From Candidatus Binatia bacterium (lineage in GTDB: Bacteria > Desulfobacterota > Binatia > HRBIN30): a stretch of 22,575 nucleotides of DNA. The stretch lies in the NCBI GenBank assembly GCA_038245295.1, contig JBBRSP010000050.1, positions 1-22,575 of the forward strand, given 5' to 3'. A program made the position numbers and the translations under genes. Under the pieces are notes generated by a model, which worked only from the letters and a program-made list of their open reading frames with translations, was not told where the DNA came from and did no database searches. This document shows positions 1 to 7,301 of this stretch, one piece after another; positions within the stretch are counted from its first letter, which is position 1; every line of letters starts with the position of its first letter.

Positions 1-220
1 CATGGTGCACCCGAGACGTCCGGTAACGAGCTCCTTGGCTTGGTCCTCGTGGACCCATGGTGCAAAGCCGAGGCCAGAGCGAGCATTGCGATACTGCCGC
101 GCCGCCAGGGCAGTTCGCCGGCAACCAAAGCGGCTGGATGTACTCAGTGTGAGCTCACAGCCCGACTCACAGGGATACCATCAACCACGCCCGCCGGTGC
201 GAGGAGACTACCCGGCAGTC

Positions 221-380
221 GAGTGTGTCGATTTACTCGGAAACCAAATTTGAAACCGAGGAGATTTTTCCGTCATCACGGCGAAAGCCGGTATCTCGCC
301 AGCTTTCGAGGCTTCCAGCAGGGGAAGATCCCGGTTTTCACCGGGATGACGTTGCTCCACTTTGGTTTTACGACAGTCTC
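221..380. mobile_element. Putative 160-bp MITE with internal REP-pair hairpin
   Basis: Terminal IRs GAGTGTGTCG (221-230) / CGACAGTCTC (371-380) match 8/10. Inner IR AAACCAAA (241-248) / TTTGGTTT (361-368). Flanking 4-bp direct repeat AGTC (217-220, 381-384). Confidence 0.55.
271..351. repeat. Inverted REP pair (CGTCATC..GAAA..GATCT type)
   Basis: CGTCATCACGGCGAAAGCCGGTATCT (271-296) vs reverse complement of AGATCCCGGTTTTCACCGGGATGACG (326-351): 22/26 match. Each half is itself a tetraloop hairpin. Confidence 0.75.
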
Positions 381-390
381 AGTCGCCAGA

Positions 391-618
391 ATGGGTGTCC
401 CGCAACCGCCCCAGGATGGGTGTCCCGAAACTGCCCCCCCGAAACCGCCGCCCCAGGATGGGTGTCCCGAAACTGCCGCCCTACCCAGCAGTCACTAGGA
501 CGGGGGTCCCGACAACGTTGGATGGGTGTCCCGAAAAAGCTCCCGAAAACGCTTGCCCGAAAAGGACTTTTGGATGGGTGTCCCGAGTATGCTCGAGTAT
601 GCTCGCCGAGTACGCTCG
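391..618 (+). repeat. Cluster of six ATGGGTGTCCCG direct repeats with duplicated tails
   Basis: Copies at 391, 416, 458, 500 (2 mismatches), 522 and 574. Exact 30-nt duplication at 406-435/448-477. CCCGAAAA x3 (530, 542, 556) and CGAGTAYGCT x3 (584, 594, 607). Confidence 0.85.
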
Positions 619-626
619 CTACGAAG

Positions 627-2984
627 TCAACGCGCCGACTCTAGTGCTTTGGCCCTCGCCGATTGTTCCGCCGCCTCGTCCGTCTTGCCGAGCCTCAGGA
701 GCACGCCACCGAGAGCGTTGTACACCGCGGCACTCGGCTTCGCCGCCAGCGAGCGCCGATAGTATTGCTCCGCCTCTTCAAGCTTGCCCTGCTTCGCCAA
801 CGCATCAGCGAGGTTGTTGTAGGCGGGTGTGTATTTGGCATCGACTTCGATGGCTTTGCGGAATTCGGCAAACGCCTCTTCGGTGCGACCCTGCTTCGCA
901 AGAACGTAGGCCAGGCCGTTGTGGGTCTCGGCGGTGGGCTTTCCGGGAAGCGCCGCGCGGTAGTGCGACTCGGCTTCGGCGAACTGTCCCGCCTGGGCGA
1001 AGTAAACGGCCAGGTTGAAGTGCGCCGAGGCGCATTTCGGGTCGATCTCGAGCGCCTTCAAGTAATCAGCGCGCGCCTCTTCGCCCTTGCCGAGTCGCGC
1101 CATGGTGAATCCGAGGTCGCTGTAGATCTCCGCTCGCGGCGCAAGCTCGAGCGACGTCTTGAAATGACCAGCCGCGTCCTCCAGCCGACCGAGCTCGACC
1201 AGGGCGAGCGCCAGGTTGTTGTGCGCCTTGGCATTCTTGGGATCCGCCGCCAGAGCACGCGTGTACTCCGCCACCGCCTCATCGCTCCGAGCGTTCTGGA
1301 ACAATGTCCAGCCCAGCGCGTTGTGCAGCTCGGCATCGTTCGGAGCCAGCTCCAGGCCGCGCCGATACGCACGCTCCGCACCTTTGTGATCACCAGTCCG
1401 CTCATTGGCCATGCCGGCGCGCAGGAACGAGTAGGGATCGAGGAACTGTTCGCGAATGTCGGCGATCGCGTCGCCCGGCAGCTTGACGAACTCGGGAATG
1501 TTCGCAGCGCGATCCGGCGAAGTGAAGCGCTCGAGCAATACCGGTGGACTGTCGTTGCCGTTGTCGTCGATGTGCGTCAGAAACAGTTGGGTGTAGGCCG
1601 TGTTCACCTTCGACGAGAACACCAGCCAACGGCTGTTCGACGACCAACTGTGCCAAGAGTTCATACGCGCCGTGTTGTACCGCAGGCGCCGCGCGGCACC
1701 GCCCTTGGCCGGCAAGATGTACAGCTCACTGTCGGGCTGCAGCAGCATGTAACTCTTGGCTTTGCAGAAGATGATCCACTTGCCGTCCGGCGAATACTTC
1801 GGAAAGAAGTTGCTCAAGCCGTTGTCGAAAGCACCATGCAACGGCTGCGCGGTTCCGCCTTTGCCGTCGTTGAACGGGATTCTGTAGAGGTCGTAGCGGA
1901 AGGGCTTCTTGTCGACGGTGAACTCGGGCACGTCTTTCTCGTCGACCAGCGCGCTATTCTGCTGATCGAGGCGCTCGGCGTGGTACGCCTTGGCACGCGC
2001 AAAGACGATGCTCTTGCCGTCCGGGCTCCACACCGCGTTGGTCTGCACATATTGCGGATCGTCGGCGCCAGGCAATGCCGCGAACGTCTTCGTCTCGCGA
2101 TCGTAGACGGCGAGAATGCCTTTGATCGGAAAGAACAGCTGCGAGATCATGATGTCCGGAATGGCAACGAACACGGACCGATCCTTCACCGTGCTGATGA
2201 CGTAACGTCCGCTCGGTGACACTCTCGACAACAACCCGAAGGTGAGCTCGCCGTCTTCGCGTTTGTAGTCCGACCACGTGATGATCTTCGCATCATCCAT
2301 CACCATGTGGGTCGACACCGGCATGATCCCATAGGCGCCCTTGTCGTTGCCGTAATCGACATCGAGGCCGAGCACACTGCCGTTGTCCGCAAATGAGTGA
2401 CAGTTACCGCACACCGGCAGGTTCTGCAGGACAATCGGTGGGCCGTTCTCCTGATCAACGGTGCCGTAGCGCCAACGGATACGCGACGGGTCCTGCACGG
2501 CGGTCAGAAACGGTAGCGGCACCTCGCGATAGAACAACGAGTCGCCGACCTTGTCCTTGGACGTCCGAATGTGCACCCCGGCGGGAGGCGCGACAGCCAC
2601 ATCCTTGCTCCGAGCGACGCCGGAGACAACGACCTCGGCGGCGCGCTCGACGCTTTGCTGCTTGATGCGCTTCCAGCTCTCCTCCGAAGGTCGCCAGCGC
2701 GGCGCGTCGACGGAGTCGTGCAACACCTCGTGGCCACCGGCGTCGCGCACCACGATCGACCACTGATCGGCGGTGGCGGACTTGTCCTTCCACAGAAACG
2801 TCGGAGCAACAATTTCGGGCGGGAACAAGGTTCCCTCGAGTGGATAGGTGATCTGCAATCCTGTGTCGGTCGTCGCGGCCGCGGCCGGAGCAGCCGCAAC
2901 ATCGGCGCGAACGATCGACAGGCCAAGGGCCAACACAAGCGCAATGATGGCGGCAAACATAGCCGCCCGGCGATCCCTCAGCAT
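627..2984 (-). CDS. Exported TolB-like (PD40) beta-propeller protein with single CxxCH motif and C-terminal TPR array
   Basis: Signal peptide; CGNCH (2397-2411); PD40-like WSPDGK, YSPDGKWIIF, WSSNSRWLVFSSK; about 7 TPR units (AHNNLALAL, AYNNLADAL). Start may be at 2960. Confidence 0.88.
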   Translation of the reverse strand: MLRDRRAAMFAAIIALVLALGLSIVRADVAAAPAAAATTDTGLQITYPLEGTLFPPEIVAPTFLWKDKSATADQWSIVVRDAGGHEVLHDSVDAPRWRPSEESWKRIKQQSVERAAEVVVSGVARSKDVAVAPPAGVHIRTSKDKVGDSLFYREVPLPFLTAVQDPSRIRWRYGTVDQENGPPIVLQNLPVCGNCHSFADNGSVLGLDVDYGNDKGAYGIMPVSTHMVMDDAKIITWSDYKREDGELTFGLLSRVSPSGRYVISTVKDRSVFVAIPDIMISQLFFPIKGILAVYDRETKTFAALPGADDPQYVQTNAVWSPDGKSIVFARAKAYHAERLDQQNSALVDEKDVPEFTVDKKPFRYDLYRIPFNDGKGGTAQPLHGAFDNGLSNFFPKYSPDGKWIIFCKAKSYMLLQPDSELYILPAKGGAARRLRYNTARMNSWHSWSSNSRWLVFSSKVNTAYTQLFLTHIDDNGNDSPPVLLERFTSPDRAANIPEFVKLPGDAIADIREQFLDPYSFLRAGMANERTGDHKGAERAYRRGLELAPNDAELHNALGWTLFQNARSDEAVAEYTRALAADPKNAKAHNNLALALVELGRLEDAAGHFKTSLELAPRAEIYSDLGFTMARLGKGEEARADYLKALEIDPKCASAHFNLAVYFAQAGQFAEAESHYRAALPGKPTAETHNGLAYVLAKQGRTEEAFAEFRKAIEVDAKYTPAYNNLADALAKQGKLEEAEQYYRRSLAAKPSAAVYNALGGVLLRLGKTDEAAEQSARAKALESAR

Positions 2985-2993
2985 CGCCGCAGA

Positions 2994-4196
2994 TTACACG
3001 TCGGCGGTTGTCAGAGGAAGCATGGCGACCACCTCTGTCTCACAGAGAAGCTCGGGCCGGCAAAGCGGCGCCTCGACGATCACACACGGAAAGTCCCCGA
3101 AGCCGCGCTTCCGGAAGACCGAACGCAGCGTCGGCGCGTCGCTCGGAGTTTTCAGATACGTGACCCCAGAGACGACGTTCTCGAAGCCGGCGCCCTGTTC
3201 GGCCAGCAGCGTGGCAATATTGCGCAGCATCCGTTCCGCCTGCGCGTCGACGTCGCCGGAGTGGATGGTCTGCCCGGCCTCGTCGATACTCGCGGTTCCC
3301 GATACGTAGAGCGCCACCTTGTTGGCTTCCGTGATCCGCAGGCCACGCGAGAAGTCGGCGCCGTAGCTCCAGGCTTCGTTGAGAGTCGGCGTCGACATCC
3401 GAACAACGTTGCGTTGCTGCGGCGACTTCACCGCATAGACGCACAGGGAAAAGTCATGTTCGGCGGGAAACGGAACGCCCTGGACACCGGTGCTGGCCGG
3501 CCGCGGATCGATGCCACGCGACCGGAAGAACTCGCGCCGGGCTTTGTTGAGTGCGTCGTAGTCGCGGTCGATGTCACGCAGGTAGATCCACGTGCGCACG
3601 ACATCGTGAAACCCCATGCCACACTCGTGGAGCAGACGCTCCGCCGTGCCGAACATATCCAACGCCTCGGCGAACGCGTCGCTTCCGCTGCCATAGACGT
3701 TGCTCGTGTGCAGCGATGACTGGCCGCCGAGACGAACGAGTCGCGCAGCGGATCTGGCGCATCCCTCGCACGTGCACGCACAGATACCTCCCGGTGTTGC
3801 CCGGATGTCGCGCACGGACCAGGTATCGCGATGGCGCGGCACCACGGCCGACGCCGCAAGCTCGAAGCTGATGCCCTGGTCCAGGGGCGCTTGTTGGATG
3901 AAGGCCGGTAGCGGGGCGCCGTCGCTCTGGCCGAGATCGGCGAGAACGCGCGCGCGGGCCCCCAGCACGAGCGGCAGCTCGCGACGGACATCGCGTAGAA
4001 AAAGGGTCTCACTGGTGAGATCGCGAAACGCAGAGTGCTCGGCCACAAGCAGCGCCGCCAAAGCCTGATAGGCCGCCTCAGCCTGGCAAACCGTATCCGC
4101 CGCGCGGCCTGCCGGACGGCACAGGACGGCTAGCTCGTCGGCGGCCCGGCCGGCAAACCGCCGCAGGACGGTCGCGCCGCCGCTTGCGTGCACCAC
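2994..4196 (-). CDS. Tandem Rid/YjgF-fold protein, FkbO/Hyg5 (chorismatase)-like
   Basis: VVRTWIYLRDIDRDY, PASTGVQG, FSRG, LYVSGTASID and CRPELLCETE motifs. GGAGGT RBS before the GTG. Stop lies 9 nt from the next gene. Confidence 0.8.
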   Translation of the reverse strand: MVHASGGATVLRRFAGRAADELAVLCRPAGRAADTVCQAEAAYQALAALLVAEHSAFRDLTSETLFLRDVRRELPLVLGARARVLADLGQSDGAPLPAFIQQAPLDQGISFELAASAVVPRHRDTWSVRDIRATPGGICACTCEGCARSAARLVRLGGQSSLHTSNVYGSGSDAFAEALDMFGTAERLLHECGMGFHDVVRTWIYLRDIDRDYDALNKARREFFRSRGIDPRPASTGVQGVPFPAEHDFSLCVYAVKSPQQRNVVRMSTPTLNEAWSYGADFSRGLRITEANKVALYVSGTASIDEAGQTIHSGDVDAQAERMLRNIATLLAEQGAGFENVVSGVTYLKTPSDAPTLRSVFRKRGFGDFPCVIVEAPLCRPELLCETEVVAMLPLTTADV

Positions 4197-4226
4197 GTCA
4201 CCTCCCAGGCGACATTTCGATCACGT

Positions 4227-4250
4227 GCCGGGCTCCGATCGGAGCCCGGC
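4227..4250. terminator. Perfect 24-bp palindrome between co-oriented genes (no U tract)
   Basis: GCCGGGCTCCGATCGGAGCCCGGC equals its own reverse complement and lies 6 nt after the stop of the beta-helix gene. Confidence 0.5.
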
Positions 4251-4256
4251 GCCGCG

Positions 4257-5393
4257 TCAGCACGGAGGTAGTTCGGGCAGGAAGGCGGTGGTTCCGGCTG
4301 TGTTGTTGCTCGAGCAGTTGTTCATCCCGCCGATACCCAACATGTCGGCGGCCGAGTCATGGAACGGACCAGGTGGCGGATTCTGGGCGTTGTTGATGAC
4401 CGTGTTGCCAATGAACTTATTGTGTTCCGGCGCCGTATCTCTGACTTGCGGCGGATTTTGTCTACAGTCGAAAGCCGTTCCGTCCACCGCCAGGCAGTAG
4501 TCGATGAGCGCAATCCCAAAGAAGTCGTTGTTCTCGATTCGGTTGTTCTGAACATCGACGTTGTCGACGCCGAGGAGCAGGATGCCGCCGCCATAGGGCA
4601 ACTGCGACGTCTCGGATCCCGCCGACGCCGTATTCGCCTCGTTGTTATCGTGCACGTGGTTGTTGAGAATGTGCCAGAAACCATTGCGCGAAATCGGCTG
4701 CAGCGGCGGCAACCCGGCGGTCGCCGGGTGGTAGAGGCCGATACCGATCGTGTTGTTGTGGACGTTGTTCGTTTCCACGGTGATCTCGTTCGATACCGTG
4801 ATTTCGAGGCCGGTCGGGCTGTCGTGGAGATCGTTGTCGATTACCCGAATATTCTCGGAAGCCTCGACCCACAACGCCGCATCTTGCGAGCCATAGGAGA
4901 CATTCTTCTTCACCAGGCCGTTCGCCGAAAGGGTCGGCCAGATTCCATTCTCCAGATTGTTGATCGACTCGTTGTTCTCGATCGTGAAGTTCTTCACATG
5001 GCGCAGCCAGATGCCCATGTTCTCGAAACCCTCAACCGTGAAGCCGTTGATGACGAGTCCGTCGATATCGGGATCCGCCGCCGTTGGCGGCTCGACCAGA
5101 ATGCCGTGGATTTGTCCGGGGCCCGGCAAGATACGGACCTTTGCGCCCGGCTGCTCACCCTTGGCGATCAGGTTGATCGACTTGGTAATATGGAGAGCGG
5201 AGGTGCCGGCATGCGTCTCAGTGTAGTCACCGGGGAGGACATTGATCGTGTCGCCCGGCGCGGCGGCATCGATGGCCGCCTGAATCGATTGTCCCGGATG
5301 GACCGTCACCCCAGGCGTACCGTGCTCGCCATCATCCCCACAACCAAACGCCAACACCAACAGCGCACAAATGCTCACACGGGCCAATTTCAT
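4257..5393 (-). CDS. Right-handed parallel beta-helix repeat lipoprotein
   Basis: Start MKLARVSICALLVLAFGC (lipobox) with GGAG RBS. SIQAAIDAAAPGDTINVLPGDY cap. Asn/Ile-rich PbH1 repeats. The upstream extension of the ORF to 5837 was rejected. Confidence 0.88.
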   Translation of the reverse strand: MKLARVSICALLVLAFGCGDDGEHGTPGVTVHPGQSIQAAIDAAAPGDTINVLPGDYTETHAGTSALHITKSINLIAKGEQPGAKVRILPGPGQIHGILVEPPTAADPDIDGLVINGFTVEGFENMGIWLRHVKNFTIENNESINNLENGIWPTLSANGLVKKNVSYGSQDAALWVEASENIRVIDNDLHDSPTGLEITVSNEITVETNNVHNNTIGIGLYHPATAGLPPLQPISRNGFWHILNNHVHDNNEANTASAGSETSQLPYGGGILLLGVDNVDVQNNRIENNDFFGIALIDYCLAVDGTAFDCRQNPPQVRDTAPEHNKFIGNTVINNAQNPPPGPFHDSAADMLGIGGMNNCSSNNTAGTTAFLPELPPC

Positions 5394-5476
5394 AAACGTT
5401 CTCCAGACGCGGTTCAAAGCAATGTGGAAATTCAACACAGGGAGGTCGTTTGCTATTAGGGCTCGGGCAGAGGATG

Positions 5477-5523
5477 TGTCAACCCGGGTCCGCATCAGCT
5501 GTGAATCATTCTCTTGATTCGCA
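5477..5523. promoter_or_regulatory. Divergent promoter region: minus-strand TTGACA and an inverted-repeat operator candidate
   Basis: TGTCAA at 5477-5482 (TTGACA on minus). TGTGAATCA-N6-TGATTCGCA at 5500-5523 (8/9 IR). Confidence 0.4.
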
Positions 5524-5550
5524 TCACGCTTGCCTGGCAGGTTGGCACGC

Positions 5551-5811
5551 ATGAGCCACACGACGACGCATCTACGGACCTGTCCCCTGTGCGAGGCGAG
5601 GTGCGGGTTAAAGGCCGAGATCCGCGACAAGAGGACGCCCGGTGTAGTCTGCCTGCCACATGGCTGGGGCCGCAGTCTTGGCGGCGTGCGCATGAATGTG
5701 GCGGCGCAGTACCCGGGCGTGAACAACAATCTTCTGGCACCCGCCGATCTGTTCGATCTCCCTTCGGGCAACACCGTGGTCAACGGTAACCCGGTCGAGA
5801 TCAGCCAATAG
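5551..5811 (+). pseudogene. Internally deleted molybdopterin oxidoreductase (Fe-S N-terminus fused in frame to the C-terminal dinucleotide-binding tail)
   Basis: RTCPLCEARCGL, typical of the N-terminal 4Fe-4S motif, runs directly into PGVVCLPHGWG...PGVNNNLL...DLPSGNTVVNGNPVEI, typical of the extreme C-terminus. Only 86 aa. Confidence 0.8.
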
Positions 5812-5836
5812 GCAGCAGGAAGGATCGATAGGTCCA

Positions 5837-7288
5837 ATGCTCCTTCCGATCGGCCGAGATCAGGTGGCTCTGCGGCGGCTGCCGATCGTCACCCTTGGGA
5901 TCCTCGTTCTGTGCACGCTCGTGCACGTGTTGGTCCCGCAACCGTCGGGCGAGGCACGCGCCGCCGCACAACGCGCCTTCGACCGAGCCATCGAGTACTA
6001 CATCGATAATCCTGATCTTCGGCTGCCACCGCTTGCCGAGCAGGGGTTCGACCTTCTCTTGACCGAGACTGACGGGGCAACTCGCAGTCAGATCCACAAC
6101 CGCATGGCGGGCCCCCAACCTCCGCCACCCAACATGACGTTGGCCGATCGACAGGCCAAACTCGAAGAAGCCCTGGAGCCTTGGGAGAGCGCCGCTCACA
6201 AGACGCCACCCTGGATCTTTGGTTTGATCCCGGCGCATCTCGAAGTGACACGGTTGCTGACGCACCTTTTTGTTCACGTCGGCTTCCTGCATCTTCTGTT
6301 CACCCTGTGGTTTCTCTACCTCGCCGGCGCGCTGGTCGAAGATGTGTGGGGGCGCCCGCTTTATGTACTCTTCTATCTCGCCGTCGGCGTCGTTGCCGGT
6401 CTGGGAGCGGCCGTTCAGCTACCGACCTTGGATGCTCCTTTGCTCGGCGCATCGGGCGCCGTGGCCGGTGTGATGGGAGCGTTTCTAGTCCGCTTCCCGC
6501 GCTCGAGGATCCAGTTTCAAAGCCTGCTCCCGGCGTTGCGCTTCAGTGTGCCGACGTGGCTTTGTCTGGGCCTTTGGGCTGGCGGAGAGTACTTTGGCTC
6601 GCACAGCGTGCGATTCGCGGTGATCGGGACTCTCTCGGTGGCGTATTGGACGCGCGTCTGGGGCTTTGGCCTCGGCGTCGTCGTGGCCGTGGCAATTCGT
6701 CTCTTGCGCCTTGAAGACCGCTTTATCAGGGAGGCGATCGCCATCCGCGAAGAGGGCAAGAGCGATTCCGTACTATCCGAGGTCCAACGCCTGCTCGAAC
6801 GTGGCCAACCGGAGGCGGCGGCGCAGCGGCTGGCTGAGACAATTCGACGTGAGCCCGGCAACGTCGACGCTGCCGACACCTACTGGCACCTTACGTCGAT
6901 CGGCCAGGTGACGCCGCTGTCGGCGATCTGCTTGCGCATCATTCACAACGACTTGCTGCGAAAGGATGAGCTGACGGCCGCCGAACGTTGGCGCGAGCTG
7001 ACCGAGTTGGTGCCGACCGTGGCGCCGGAGATCTACATGGGCGAAGCGCTGGCGCGGGCTCTCATTCGCCACGCCGATCGAGCCGCCGCCTGGGCGATGG
7101 TCGAGCGCGGGTGGAAGAGTCTCGACCCGTCGACACCGGCGAACAGCGTCGTTGGATGGGCGCGTCTCGCCTACGCCGTCGGTAGCCCGATCGCCAAAGC
7201 AGCACTCGGGCGCGCCATCGCCGATCCCCGTGTCACGGAAACGGACAAGCGCGTTTTGCGGGATGCGCTGCAGACGCTTGGCGCGTGA
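5837..7288 (+). CDS. Rhomboid-family intramembrane protein with C-terminal TPR-like helical domain; probably protease-inactive
   Basis: LLTHLFVHVGFLHLL, LVEDVWGR and LGASGAVAGVMGAF motifs. TM6 reads VAYWTRVWGF where AH..GF is expected. Confidence 0.85.
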   Translation: MLLPIGRDQVALRRLPIVTLGILVLCTLVHVLVPQPSGEARAAAQRAFDRAIEYYIDNPDLRLPPLAEQGFDLLLTETDGATRSQIHNRMAGPQPPPPNMTLADRQAKLEEALEPWESAAHKTPPWIFGLIPAHLEVTRLLTHLFVHVGFLHLLFTLWFLYLAGALVEDVWGRPLYVLFYLAVGVVAGLGAAVQLPTLDAPLLGASGAVAGVMGAFLVRFPRSRIQFQSLLPALRFSVPTWLCLGLWAGGEYFGSHSVRFAVIGTLSVAYWTRVWGFGLGVVVAVAIRLLRLEDRFIREAIAIREEGKSDSVLSEVQRLLERGQPEAAAQRLAETIRREPGNVDAADTYWHLTSIGQVTPLSAICLRIIHNDLLRKDELTAAERWRELTELVPTVAPEIYMGEALARALIRHADRAAAWAMVERGWKSLDPSTPANSVVGWARLAYAVGSPIAKAALGRAIADPRVTETDKRVLRDALQTLGA

Positions 7289-7301
7289 CCTTCCGAGTTA
7301 C

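Noticed and set aside
391..585. CRISPR array
   Set aside because: Repeat is only 12-14 nt, spacing is irregular (22-52 nt), spacers are partly duplicated, and no cas genes or leader are present.
2..1018. Plus-strand ORFs 2-253, 40-498, 225-644, 362-1018
   Set aside because: They read through the MITE and repeats (MGVP/DGCP/GWVS are the repeat in three frames) or are antisense to the TPR gene; no family motifs.
663..5459. Long plus-strand ORFs 663-2219, 2571-3719, 4359-5459
   Set aside because: Antisense shadows of well-supported minus-strand genes, common in high-GC DNA.
5394..5837. N-terminal extension of the beta-helix ORF to 5837
   Set aside because: Overlaps the oxidoreductase remnant; lipobox and RBS support ATG 5393.
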